Assembly (NCBI RefSeq): GCF_001194135.2
Contig: NC_068990.1
Span: forward strand, 39,637,319 to 39,692,441
Length of the DNA: 55,123 bases
Direction: 5' to 3'
DNA from: Octopus bimaculoides
Taxonomy: Eukaryota
In this document: positions 38,619 to 51,934 of the stretch, piece by piece
How the letters are laid out: every line of letters starts with the position of its first letter
Position numbering within the stretch: the first letter of the stretch is position 1
Notes under the pieces: generated by a model
Seen by the model: the letters and a program-made list of their open reading frames with translations, nothing else
Databases searched by the model: none
What the model was told of the DNA's origin: nothing
Program-made: the position numbers and the translations under genes

Positions 38619-38836
38619 ATTAAGGTGGTGAGCTGGCAGAAATGTTAGCAGGCTGGGTGAATTACTTAGCAGTATTTCGTCTGTTTTTACATTCTGAGCT
38701 CAAATTCTGCCAAGGTCAACTTTGCCTTTCATCCTTTCGGGGTTGATAAATTAAGTACCAGTAGAATACTGGGGTTGATCTAATCGACTGGCTCCCTCCT
38801 TAAAAATTGCAGGCCCTATGTCTAGAAGTAGAAAAG
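38619..38836 (+). mobile_element. SINE family A, 14-bp TSD
   Basis: TSD aatattatataatg at 38605-38618 and 38837-38850. Confidence 0.9.
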
Positions 38837-39419
38837 AATATTATATAATGGTAGGAAAAACATGAGAGTTAATTGTGTATCATAGCAAAACACATAAAAA
38901 TGTTCACCACTGACACTATAAACAGCCTTTGGCTGTTGATTAGAGATGGGACTTAGCTCCACAGTAGAATAATTCTACTGCACTATGTTCATGAATATGT
39001 TATACAATAAAACATAGGTTACATAAGGACAGCATTCCACAACATTTACTGTAAACAAAACACAGAGGAATTTCTCTAACAAAAGTATCAAATATTAAGT
39101 GTGCCCTATTGGAATATATTAAAGTAAGTGCTATGGAGATTGATTAATCAGCCAAAATGAGTGAATATAGTAAAACGATAAGCTGGGAACTACATAACAT
39201 TATGCAGTATAAACACGAAAACTGACACTGTTATTTATATGAACACCCACAGACTGAGAGCCTATGTGGTCACTCATTCTACTAGAAATAGCAGTTAAAC
39301 TCCTTTAATCAAATTCCTCTATCATTTGTTCATCCATCCATATAATTGATGACAATGACATTACTCATAGAGGTGATTGGGAATGGCTGACAAATCTTTT
39401 TTGTTTTTGCTACTGTGCT

Positions 39420-40050
39420 AGTGACTATGTATTTTCTGAACACTTTTACTCCTCAGCTTATTTTCTCCCCAGCAGCTTTGATGCTACGGCACCTTTGCTG
39501 ATAAAGTTGTTTCAGGTGCTTTCTAGTGACTCCGGATTAATTCTGAAGTCTTATGTAGGGAGCTAAGAGTATCTGTGTAATGTTTGTGCTGCTCACCAAC
39601 TGAAGATATTTCTCCAAACAACTCACTGACCATCTGGAAGTTTCACATCATATAGGTTGGATATGGAAACATTTGTGGTTATTCCAGGAATCTTCACTAG
39701 ATGCAGCCTTGATCACCATAACATCCTGTCTCTCTTTCTTCCTGATGATGACATAATTGACATAATCGATAAGATTCCTGGAGACACCTCTACTCTTGTT
39801 TAAAGTAGGAGTAACACCATGACATCCTGTTATGATGAGGGCAAAGAAGAAGGAACTTTTAATGAGCAGATCATGCTCTTCATGTATAATTGTAGATAGA
39901 CCCTAATCAAAAGTTTAATACTCTATGACTACTCTCACGTGGTTTAGTCCAGCTATCAAACTAATTTACAACCTATGGCTGCTGCACATGTTACTAGTTC
40001 TTGGAATCCACAGTTAAGAGCTGGGTGCCAAGTACAAACCATATGTGGAT
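39420..40050 (-). mobile_element. RTE-type LINE 3' fragment, decayed
   Basis: Minus strand gives ELFGEISSVGEQHKHYTDTL and, after a shift, DFRINPESLEST*NNFISKGAVA, resembling LYGEL..GGQKKRYKDTLK..DFxIxPESWE..WRxxIxKGA. Right-hand boundary uncertain. Confidence 0.6.
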
Positions 40051-40894
40051 AACTTGTTCCTTTAGGAACATAAGATTTCTACTAGATTTGTTACCCTTAC
40101 TTTACATATCGTCGAGCTTATGTAAGGAAGGATGCTGTGGTATTATATTTTGTATCAGACTACTTATACTACAATAACTGTAGTGTTTGTTTTATAATGA
40201 AATTGGGAAACCCATTATCTAATGTTTATGTGAATTGTACATGAAAATGCATAATATCGAGGGAAAATTCATTCCCTTATCATAACAGTTACATACCTTG
40301 ATCAGGAAATATTGATCTGTTACTTGTGCAAAACAAGGGTCAACTTTTATATGAGATACATGGAAAATTCCAGAATTTAGCCAACCCCACCACTCCCCGA
40401 GATCGACTTTTACACGAGAGTACATACAGCATATTGATGCCATTATATATACTTATGTTTGATATTGATATTTTATTTTTCATATCAAAATCTCTGAGAG
40501 ACATTGCAACAATCTCAGAATTTGATTTAATACTTTTACAGCATAAAACAAAAGTAAGTATAATGTCTAAGTGTGATTCAAATAGCCATTATGAATCTTT
40601 TACAATCTAATTATTTTATACTTACTATGCAGGTTTTTACTTTAGAGCAATCTTGTGCTGAGAATTTTGCTCTTAGATTAAATTTGAAGTCTGAAATGGT
40701 TGGTGTTCTGAGTAGCCTATCATGTGATTTTCTTAATTAAAATTCCAATATTAACCATGCAACTAGAATTGGTCTTTACAGTATTTATATTCATAATTTA
40801 TTGTGCTTGGCATCAGAATTGTTTAAAGTTGAAGCTCGTTGCAATGAAAAAGCCAGTCTAAGCTAATTTTCATACACTTGTTTTTTTCTTGTTT

Positions 40895-41110
40895 TTTTTG
40901 TTTTTTGCTTGTTTCAGTCATTTGATTACAGCCATGTTGGAGCACCACCTTGAAGGGTTTAAGTCAAATAAATCTACCCCAGGACTTATTCTTTAAGTCT
41001 AGTACTTGTTCTATTGGCCTCTTTTGCTGAATCACTAAGCAATGAAGACATAAACACAGCAACACCGGTTGTCAAACATTGATGGCAGGGGGACAAATAC
41101 AGACACAAAG

Positions 41111-41147
<37 letters not shown>

Positions 41148-41310
41148 CGACAGACTTCTGTCAGTTTCTGTCAACCAAATCCACTCACAAGGATTTGGTT
41201 ATCCTGAGGCTATAGTAGAAGACACCTGCCCAAGGTGCCATGCAGTGGGACTGAATCTAGAACCATGTGGTTGTGGAACAAGCTTCTTGCCATACAGCCA
41301 CACCTGCACC
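40895..41310 (-). mobile_element. SINE family B, full length
   Basis: Homologous end to end with 9605-9998. Confidence 0.85.
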
Positions 41311-41653
41311 TATACTTTTTTATCTCTGTATATAAAGTGTTATTTAATTAGTAATTCAAATTTGTAATTCCAACCATTGTACATTTGCATTCTACAGTTT
41401 AAGTTGCAGACCTGCCGTTTACAGTTTGAAAGTTTAATTATCAGAAAATATTCATAATATTTTACTACCTGAACTTGCAGGTAATTCTTTTTAAGGCAGT
41501 ATTTTGAATGTTATTTATGCATTTTGCTGTCCCATGGGCTTAAATAAGGTTGATTTGTCTTAGTAGATGATTTCAAAAGGATTGCTATCTATTTACATTA
41601 CATTAAACTACAGATCCAGTGCCTTTCAAATACAGAAAAACGCAATAACTCAC

Positions 41654-41698
41654 ATATCTCAGCTCCATCAAAACTCACCGTACTCCCATCAAGAACTT
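41654..41698 (-). CDS. Candidate 45-nt exon (phase 1-1), unknown product
   Basis: Acceptor cataattcttcttttgtaaag, donor gtgagt; reads xVLDGSTVSFDGAEI. Such signals also arise by chance. Confidence 0.2.
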
Positions 41699-42895
41699 CT
41701 TTACAAAAGAAGAATTATGATGAACAGGAGCAGAATTTCTCGATCTCGTTATAATGTTAATTCATGTACATTAATAATTATTTCTAATATAGGTACAAGC
41801 TCACATATTTTAAAGGAACATTCTTACAATTTAGCTAATTTCACTACAACTTGTGATTTAGGTTGTGTTTTATCATATATTCTACTATAACTAATAAAAT
41901 TTAGAGCTCAAGTTAAGACATGTTATTTATCTCACAGTATGTGCGTGCATACGCACTGTAATGTAGTTTTCATAATAATTCATTGAGATAATACAAAGTT
42001 AACATGGAAAACAATTTTAGTGACTGCACCAGAGGAGTGACTGTGTATTATTTGGAATTATTTTAGAGAAGGAATCTACAATAAACTCTGATGAGTAAGA
42101 ATTGAATAATCTTGTATGAGTTTTAAAGTTTATACTGTTGCTGATAATACAATGCATACAGACACAGACACACATATATGTATGTATGCATGAATGTATA
42201 CAGAAAGAGAGAGAGAGAGAGAGAGGGGGGGAGAAGGAAAAAAGAAGGTGATGTCTCATTAATGCTAAAACACACATGGCACACACTTTCTTGTCTCTAT
42301 GACAAATATATATATTTTCTCTTTCTTTGAAATGAAAGCCAAACTCTGTAATATTGAATGTATGTATGTGCTATGAGCAATTATACGTATGGACAGTGTG
42401 TTTGTGTATTTATAAATACATGCACATATACATATACATACACACACATATACATATACACACGCACACCCTATATATATGTGTATGCATGTGTGAGTGT
42501 GTGTGTGTGTATATATATATATATGTGTGTGTGTGTATGTATATCTGCAAGTATATGTATGTATATATAGATATGTATATATAAGTGTGTGCATGCATGT
42601 ATGTATTGCATGTGTATATGAATGCATGTATGTATATGTTAATGTGGATATATACTTGTACAGATTTGTGTACACAAGTATGAATCTAGTGCACTAATGA
42701 CTTTGATTGTTTTTCTTTTATCCATCCTGCCCTGAATAACCCCCCAGTTTTTATTGAAGTGGGTAAGGGCAGAGAAAAAAAAATTTATTCAACATTTAAC
42801 ATAGATTGTTTCTTCTCCGTTCTCAGCTCACTCCTGCTTCATCTCTTTTCATCATTTTGCTTTTGCTCCCCCCTCTTTCTGTCTCTCCCCCCAAC

Positions 42896-43039
42896 TCTGT
42901 AGATTTTCCTTGTCATGGTTCTGACGGTCAGAGAAACTGTTTAGATGAGATGTCCCTTGCGTACGACGGAGTTTTGCATAAACATTTGTAAAAGGATTTT
43001 GCAATTCAAAACACGAATCTACATTGAAAATTTCATCCC
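42896..43039 (-). CDS. Candidate internal coding exon (144 nt, phase 1-1), unknown product
   Basis: Acceptor gcatctgtag, open frame (G)DEIFNVDSCFELQNPFTNVYAKLRRTQGTSHLNSFSDRQNHDKENLQ, unique CpG-containing sequence. The donor is weak (gttggg), no homologue is recognised, and the strand is ambiguous. Confidence 0.25.
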
Positions 43040-44889
43040 CTACAGATGCACATACATTCAGACATGACACACACACACTTGCATGGACACATACATACAC
43101 AAACTCACACACTCAAACACACACACACAAACACACACGTACACAAACAAGAGGAGTGTGATACATTGTCCATGTGAAATGAGGTTTATTAATTGAACGA
43201 AATTTAGTTGTGTTGGGGGCAATAAGGGTGGTGTGAAACTGGTAGGGCTGGGGTTGTGTCTTAGTGATGAAATTTACCAGAATTTAATGTAGGTTGCAAT
43301 AACATATATACATACATACATACACGCACACGCACACACACACATCCATGTATGTATGTGTGTATTTACAAAAATGTATGTATATATGTATATATATGTA
43401 TATCTATCTATCTATCTACACACGCACACACTCACATATATATATATATGTATATATATATGTGTATGTATATACTCATATATACAAATATTTATATAAA
43501 TATATGTATATTTGTATGTGTACGTGTGCATACGCACACACACACACACACACATATATCAGTGTGTATATATATGTATGTAGAGTCAACAAGTGAGATC
43601 CAAAGATGCTCAATATAGAAAACACTTAGTAATGTTTAAACAATTTGAACTTACACTGAACATTTTCAGTCTTGTTTCTCTCTATTTACATGTATATGTA
43701 TGTATATTCGATATATCTACCTCAAGTGATTTTATTTGTTTATATGCATCATAATCTTTGTACGTGAGCATATGTATGAAATCACATGGAAGGCCCTAGA
43801 GAGACTGGACCTCTACATATAAATGGTAGCAAATGCTGCAAGTTGTACATAGTAGAATGGGCAAGGATATTAAAGAACTCCCTCCACCTGGAGAACATCA
43901 TAAATTCCAGGACAGAAATCTTCAGACCTTGTTTACACTTCAGGTGATTCCTTCTGAAATACTGGTACTCACAAGCTGACTAGGTGGATTCTGAATAGTG
44001 ATCTAAGGGAGACAATCCCTTCTGCTTGACCTTCCTTCTTTGTCTGTGTGTTCAGCAACTAGCCTCGAGGACTTTTCTGGCTCCATTTTGAAGAGAAGTT
44101 ATAGACTGCCAGTCATTAAGGTCTGATGAGACGTATGTAAAGCTAACAATTTCAGGACATGAAACTCTAGAAAACACTATGAACTGGTCATAACCATCTT
44201 TCTCTATATATGCTACTACTTTATAACATAGAGCATGCTTCTCTTTTGGATTTGTGATTTATGGACGATATGCATATGTGTGTGTTTGTATTTTATGTTG
44301 TGTATGCGTGTGTATGCGTGTATATACATATATATCATTATCATCATCATCATCACCATTATCATCATCATCATTATCATCATCATCATTATCATCATGC
44401 CTTTATGTGCATATGTATGCATAAGCAATTATAAATCTACACACACATGTATGCATGTGTGTATGTTGCTGTTTAACTCTAGGTCACACCTGATTGAGCA
44501 CACTTATGATCACAGGCATTTTAGCTGTGATTCTCAAAGGTGTGTTAGACCGCTATCTGTTCTTTTGTTAAGCTGGCAATTTGAGTTGTTGAAGGAGATT
44601 TTGGTTACTATTTCTAGCTGGCTAAGTGACTACAAAGAGACTCCTTCATTTGACCATGCTTGTACAAATGTACAAATGACCATGCTTGTGAAAGTATGAA
44701 CACATGTACACCACAAGGTCAAGTATAGACTATATAGAGCAATTCATAGATAGTGCAAACAATTATAACCTCTGTTCTAGAGAAAAAAATTTAGGCTTTA
44801 TCTATCTCCAGCATTCTTTATTGTCTTTCTTTTTCTTTGTGTGGAACTAGGTGCCATGCATAAAGTCTCCATATGCCCTCCAAGACCAG

Positions 44890-45070
44890 CAAGATTGACA
44901 TGATTAATGTTCCTCTTGAACTGCTCATGAAACAGGCCTTGAGACATTTAAACTTCCCCACTTGTTTTACTAATGTTCCAACATACAGAGTGCATTGAGA
45001 AGAATTTTTTGTGGGTACCAATATTTCCTTTTTCAATGTCTTGGTAAATATAGTGCTCAAGGTTAGAATT
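44890..45070 (+). mobile_element. Possible decayed LINE RT fragment
   Basis: IDMINVPLELLMKQALRHLNFPTCF loosely resembles AYDxVPxELLWKALxxLGFP. Confidence 0.3.
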
Positions 45071-45783
45071 TGAAACATTTGATAAATTTGCATGCTGTGA
45101 GAGACATGACACTCAGCTTTTGCATGGTAGTCTCTTCTTTCATTCCCTCTATATCTTTGCTTGGCCTGCAAGAAATAGCAGCCAAATCACCCTGAAATTA
45201 TATGCTTCCCTATTACTTTTTTAAAGCAAATATTGGATAGCGTATTCCTGGAGGCAGTATATCGAGAGAAAGACACGAAAGGGAATGTTAAGCTAAGCAA
45301 AAAATGAACTCAGAATGCTGAGAGACAGAACAATACCTCAAAGCATTCTATTCAATGTTCTAATGGTTCTTCTAGTTTGCATTGTACGTGTATGTGTGTA
45401 TGTTCTTTCTTTGAGTCTTATCCAAGTTCTTAAGAGAGTTCAAGTCAGCCACTAACAAAGCAACATGAATTTTTGAGTTTCTGGTGCTTGTAAATATGTG
45501 GTTGAATTGGTGTGTTAGTTGAACTGTGAATACATACACCCAAGTGTGTGCCTCCATTCACCTAAAGAATCTCAGATAGAGAATCTTTGGACTGTCTTAC
45601 AAATTTTCACTGTGCCATTAATAGAATGGATTACAAATCTTCACTGTGCCATTATTAGAGTTGATTCTTTTTCTCATTCTTCTACTATTTCTAGGTTTTT
45701 GTGTAAATTTGTTGGTACAAATGAGAATTTATAGTCTGGGTACAAGAGCTGTACGGTCTACATTATTATATGTATGTATGTAA

Positions 45784-45995
45784 AGGTAACGAGCTGGCAG
45801 TATTGTTAGCACGTTGGACAAAATGCTTAGCGGTATTTTGTCTATTGCTATATTCTAAGCTCAAATTTTACAAAGGTTGACATTGTCTTTCATCCTTTTG
45901 TGATCAATAGATTAAGTACCAGTGAAACACTTGGGTTGATGTAATCGACTAGTCCCCTCCCCAAAATTTCAGGCCTTGTGCCTTTAGTAGAAAGA
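45784..45995 (+). mobile_element. SINE family A, 19-bp TSD with one mismatch
   Basis: attatatgtat(g/t)tatgtaa at 45765-45783 and 45996-46014. Confidence 0.85.
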
Positions 45996-47291
45996 ATTAT
46001 ATGTATTTATGTAAGTATGTACATTTGTATGTATGTATGTATGCATGTATGTATGTATGTATGCATGTATGTATGTATGTATGTATGTATGTATGTATGT
46101 ATGTATGCATGTATGTATTGCAACTGATCTTCTGATTAAAGCAAGGAAACTATATTTTCATTTTTCCATTGGTCTTTCAATTACTGATACTATCAGCTGC
46201 AATCTTTTGCTATATATGTGTGTGCATGTGTGAATATGCGTCTGTGTGTGTGCCTCTCTCTCTCTTTCTATATACATATATATATGTATATATATATGTG
46301 CGTGTGCGGATATATATATATATATTCACACATACGTACATATATTTACTTATTTATTTCTAAGTACTTCAATTTTTATTAGCAGTAATTATCTATGAAA
46401 TGGTTTCTACTCATAAAAAATTGCACATGCTGAACCGCTCTACAGGGTCTATTGGTTGCTGCTTTTTTGAAACAATTGTGAACACAAAAGAGAGAACGAT
46501 GCCAGAATCACGGAGAATGATCTGATCACATAATATATACTTATAAGGTTATAATCTTTCATATATTTTAGATAAATGTTTTGTAGCTTCTAATTAATTA
46601 CTTAATATTCGTTGATAATTGAAAAAACGCACGTACCTAATTTTGATACAACGCAATTCTAGCTTTCGATTGCTCTTCCAATCATTATCAAAAGTGTTAT
46701 TAGTTTCTGTGTATATATATTTTTTACGCATCTTTATTCAGTAATTTTTAATAGTATTGTATGATATAAAGATTTTTTATATTTGTTTTTAATAACTACT
46801 CTTATTGCCTATCATTCATATTAATGTTCTGATCGTTCCATTGTCATTTATATGAATAGTTTAATTGGATAGATTTCTTTATGATTTGTGTTTTTGTTTT
46901 TTGTGTTATTTGCATACCTGAGTGTTGCTATTTTAATAACGGTCTATTGGTTATTATAATTGGAATTTCTTTTGACTAGGCACGAGGCCAATCTTTTAAA
47001 GTAAAGGGAGTAGATTCGATTGAATGCCAACCCCAGTTCATTACTAATATTTGTTATGAGCCAACAAGAGAACCTTTACATGATCACTCAACCATTGAGA
47101 AACGGAGCCCAAAATCACCCTGAAATCACACTCAATCGTTATAAAAAAAAAAAAACTAACCCACATTTGCTAAAGTAGTCTGGGAGGCACTGTGTTTGAA
47201 AAATGGTGAGATTGTCCTCGTTTGAATATCTTTGAGGCTTAACAACTAAAAGTTAAGTAAATATTAAATGCATATAAATAAGATTCAGTGT

Positions 47292-47682
47292 TTTGTTTGT
47301 TGGCACTCCGTCGCTTACGACATCGAGGGTTCCAGTTGATCCGATCAACAGAACAGCCTGCTTGTGAAATTAACGTGCAAGCGGCTAAGCACTCCACAGA
47401 CACGTGTACCCTTAATGTAGTTCTCGGGGATATCCAGCGTGACACAGTGTGACAAGTCTGACCCTTTGAATTACAGGCACAACAGAAACAGGAAGTAAGA
47501 GTGAGAGAAAGTTGTGGTGGAAGAGTACAGCAGGGTTCGCCACCATCCCCTGCCAGAGCCTCGTGGAGCTTTAGGCGTTTTCGCTCAATACACACTCACA
47601 ACGCCCGGTCTGGGAATCGAAACTGCGATCCTATGACCGCGAGTTCGCTGCCCTAACCGCTTAGCCATTGCACCTCCACAAG
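47292..47682 (-). mobile_element. Same OR-type SINE, full length, 11-bp TSD
   Basis: Reverse-complement homologue of 49202-49589. TSD agattcagtgt at 47281-47291 and 47683-47693. Confidence 0.9.
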
Positions 47683-47706
47683 AGATTCAGTGTATTAATG
47701 TGTTTT

Positions 47707-47905
47707 CTAAAAATTTAAAGACCAAATCCACTCACACACTACATTTTCAATATTTTCTAAAATTTTCAACCAACTAATTTTAATGGAGTTGATTTCCTTG
47801 CATGTTTACTAAAAATTTAAAGACCAAATCCACTCACACACTACATTTTCAATATTTTCTAAAATCTGCAACCAACTAATTTTAATGGAGTTGATTTCCT
47901 TGCAT
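47707..47905. repeat. Near-perfect 102-bp tandem duplication
   Basis: ctaaaaatttaaagaccaaatccactcacacactacattttcaatattttctaaaat starts at 47707 and 47809. Confidence 0.95.
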
Positions 47906-48314
47906 TTATTCTTAGTAAATACTCTAGAGGGAGTTTTCATTTTTTCATTGCATGGATAATCTTCTTTGAAATTTTTTAAACTCAATATATTACATGTGTA
48001 AGACCCTACTGTGTCTGTGTTTAGTATACAGGATGTTCCCCTGAACAATGTTTTCTCAGCTGTATTATTTATCTAATCTGATAAATGACATGTTCTCCAT
48101 ACTCATTCTACTCTTCTTTATTGTGACTGACAATTCCATTAGCATTCTATATACCTTTATTACATTATAGAATTTTGTTAATATTTCATACCTCTCTAGC
48201 TATCTGTCTATCTGTCTGTCTATCTAAATATATATCATCATCATCATCATCATCGTCGTCGTCATCATCATTGTTTAATGTCCTTATTCATATTTATATA
48301 TATATGTAATATAT

Positions 48315-48379
<65 letters not shown>

Positions 48380-48489
48380 CATACATACATACATACACAC
48401 ATACATACATACATACATTCTTTATTTGTGGATTAACAAGGTAACCAATAGTTTCCTGTGAAGAGATCCTCACAATTGTTCAAGCATAC

Positions 48490-48518
48490 CACGTAGAAGT
48501 GTAGGTACTCATCTCCAT
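48490..48518 (-). CDS. Candidate 29-nt exon, unknown product
   Basis: Acceptor tgtattctcatccag, donor gtatgc; reads xGDEYLHFYV. Confidence 0.15.
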
Positions 48519-49201
48519 CTGGATGAGAATACATGAGGTTACATGAGATTAAACAGAATTTCGAAATAAATACACAAGTCATGGAAGGTAACTTATAAGA
48601 ATATCTTGTTATCTCCCTTAAATTAGCCCTGGATTTTTGCAAGAAATTTCTTTCACTAGAGATTAATTCCTTAATCATCTTATGCAAAAATATTTGTGCA
48701 CATCCATATGTATAAATGTGTGTGTGTGTGTGGGGGGGTACTTTTTATGTGTTGCCAGATGTAATCTCACCTCCATAATCATAGGCCTTGTGTCTATGTT
48801 AGAAACAATAATTTTTGGCATTAACTAATTTTGTTGTTTTTAATCTTGTTTTAATCTTGTTATTGTTGTTGTCATTTTAAATATTTTTTCAGTTACATAT
48901 CTAATGTTGCCAAATACATTCTGATCAACCATATTTATGATCAAATAGCATGCCATATTTGACTCTCACATCTTTTTAATTTTTAGATAGAGCTACATTA
49001 ACCTGTATCCATTCATCCATTCATTTTCACCAACCCCATTCCTTGAAGGGTCATGGGCTTAGAGTCCTCAGACATCTCCTTCATAATGTCCTATCCGAAG
49101 TAACTGTCTTTATACTTTCTTGTTAGACTCCCAAGTATGAGCAACTGAGACAATGGATATTATCCAACCATCTCACTTGTGGTCTGTATCTAAGTTTTGT
49201 A

Positions 49202-49589
49202 GTGGAGGCACAATGGTCCAGTGGTTTGGGCAGCGGACTCGCAGTCATAGGATCGAGGTTTCGATTCCCAGACCGGGCGTTGTGAGTGTTTATTGAGCAA
49301 AAACACCTAAAGCTCCACGAGGCTCCTCCAGGGGATGGTGGCGAACCCTGCTGTACTCTTTCCTCCACAACTTTCTCTCACTCTTACTTCCTGTTTCTGT
49401 TGTGCCTGTAATTCAAAAGGGTCAGCCTTGTCACACTGTGTCATGCTGAATATCCCCGAAAACTACGTTAAATGTACACATGTCTGTGGAGTGCTCAACC
49501 ACTTACACGTTAATTTCACAAGCAGGCTGTTCCATTGATCGGATCAACTGGAACCCTCGGCATCGTAAATGACGGAGTGCCAACAACAA
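49202..49589 (+). mobile_element. tRNA-headed SINE resembling the octopus OR-type families, full length, 12-bp TSD
   Basis: A box tggtccagtggtttgg, B box ggtttcgattccc, (caa)n tail. TSD ctaagttttgta at 49190-49201 and 49590-49601. The family name is from recall. Confidence 0.9.
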
Positions 49590-50273
49590 CTAAGTTTTGT
49601 AATTAACTCAGCTTAATGAATTTGTCTTGTGATTCTTTCTTGTGGCATTCTTACCACATGTCCTTAGTAACGGAAAAACAGCAGCTCAAACTAGAAAGGC
49701 TCATTGATCTCCAAGATATACATCCTATCAAGTTATATTACTCCAGGGATTCCTTAGAGGAGCCCCATTTCAGCCACTTGTATGTACAATCATATTCTTT
49801 TAATGAAAACCCAGCATTCACAGCCATATGTGAGAATAAGCCCAAAAACTGAACTGAAGATAAGTCTAATTTTTTAAACCATCTTCTTTTCTGAAGACAG
49901 TAAGGAATGAGTTGAGAGAGATTTGGCTGTTATTTTTAGCAAGTCGAGAAACCATATGCCAGCTTTCTTATTGTTTTGACATTGGTTAGTTGGTGTAATC
50001 CAATAGTTCATATGTCACATATTGATGTTGCTGTCTTTTTTTTTTTTTTAGTTTCAGGTGATCTTGATTGTGCTGACCTTTGATCAACAATATTCCAGAC
50101 ATGACCATTCCATTTTGTCATCAAGGCATAGTATATCGATGTCTAGATTATTCAATGTGTCTCTTTCATTCTGAGATGCTAAGGTATCACGACAGAAGGG
50201 AACTCAACGGCTTTTGTCTAGAAACTCAAGCAACACATAGAGGCTAGTGTCCTTTAGCTTGTTGGAACTATTT

Positions 50274-50313
<40 letters not shown>

Positions 50314-50974
50314 GGTGGTGGGTCGTGGTGGGTCGTGGTGGTAGTGGTGGTAATGGTTGCGCTAGTGGTTCCACTGGTGGTGCTGCAGTAGATGCAATGG
50401 TGAATGGTGGTTGTGATGGTAGTAGTAGTAGTAGTAGTCGTAGTCGTTGTCGCCGTCATTGTAGTAGTAGTAGTAGTAGTAATAGTAGTAGTAGTAGTAG
50501 TAGTCACTATATTGGTTTTGGTTCAAATGGTTGTAGCTGTAGTTGTAGTTGTAGTGTTGATGGTGGTGGTTGTAGTGATAGTGGTGGTGGTGGTGGCAAG
50601 GGTTGTGGTATTGTGGTTTGTTCTGTCCTCATTGCCTATTGTTTGTATCCTAAATCATTCAAAGCTAACTATCTATTTTCAATGAAACTATGTCCTCCAC
50701 CACCACCATCACCAACATAACAGAAGAAGCAACAACAATAACAACAACTAAATTAAACCCAAAACCCCCAAAATACATCAAAAGACTGACGATTTAAATA
50801 GCCAAATTGAAATAATAACAAAGCAAAAACAAACAAAAATATTTTAAAATAATATTAATAATAACAAGAATAATAATCATTAATATTATTAGTCAACAAC
50901 TATAATAAATAAAAAAAATAATAATCTTTTAATTTTTTTATTTTATTTTAGCAACAACAACAACGATGATAATA

Positions 50975-51029
<55 letters not shown>

Positions 51030-51754
51030 TAATAATAATAATAATAATAATAATAATAGTAATAATAATAATAATTGTGTTAATAGCAATAATAACATAA
51101 ACAGACATATACACTGTAACAACAATGATAATAACAACAATAACAGAACAAAAGAGAGAAGAGAAAAAGAAAGATGAAATGATAAGTATAGAGAGAGAGT
51201 GAGAGAGTGTGAGAGAGACAGATAGACAGAGAGAGGATGGGAGAGACAGAAGAGGAAGTCAGAGGGAAGGGAGATAGGCGGAGTGAGAGAGTGAAAATAA
51301 ATTTAATTAGCTTGTCGATGGTAAAAGAGATGTAATTTTTTTGGAAGAGTAAAGTGAATTTTTCTTTTATCTAGAAATCTTTGACGCTTGTTATCACTTA
51401 CTTAAACATCAGCACTCAAAATGGCCAAAGTCTAGATAAACAGGCAAAATAAACAAAAAAAAAGAAAAAAAAAGGTTTAAAAAAATAGATAACAATGAAA
51501 AAATAATTTTTGATAAAATAAAGAATATAAAATAACAATACAAAAAATAAATTACCCCCAAACTCCCACCAGAAAGTATTTAACAATAATCAAATAAACA
51601 ATAAAAATTTTTTAAAAAATAGAAATATTTTGAAAAGAATGGAGGGAGAAGAGAACTGCAGTCATGTATATATATACACATACACATGTACATACAAGTA
51701 TATGTACATATACATAAGCACACACACAAAATAAAATACCGTCTGCACTAAGAA

Positions 51755-51822
<68 letters not shown>

Positions 51823-51885
51823 TAATAATAACAATAATAACAACAATAATAANNNNNNNNNNTAACAACAATAATAACAACAATG

Positions 51886-51934
<49 letters not shown>

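Noticed and set aside
40297-40430. Minus-strand microexon DQYFLIK with a gtatgt donor
   Set aside because: Only 20 nt, and adjacent to what looks like a Tc1/pogo-type MITE end (atcgacttttacacgagagtacatacag); indistinguishable from chance.
43780-43870. TWKALERLDL peptide reminiscent of restriction-endonuclease-type LINE C-termini
   Set aside because: Too short and interrupted by stops to support a call.
44120-44200. Canonical ctgatgag...gaaac...gtc hammerhead-like words
   Set aside because: Stems I and III cannot be formed with correct register around the core; probably chance.
49202-49275. tRNA-like sequences with A and B boxes (also 3745-3816, 5388-5460, 6260-6350, 47610-47682)
   Set aside because: They are SINE heads continuous with SINE bodies and TSDs, not standalone tRNA genes.
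49655-49690. 36-nt AG/GTAAGA-bounded minus-strand segment (xLSCCFSVTKDM)
   Set aside because: Phase 2-2 is incompatible with the neighbouring candidates, and there is no homology support.
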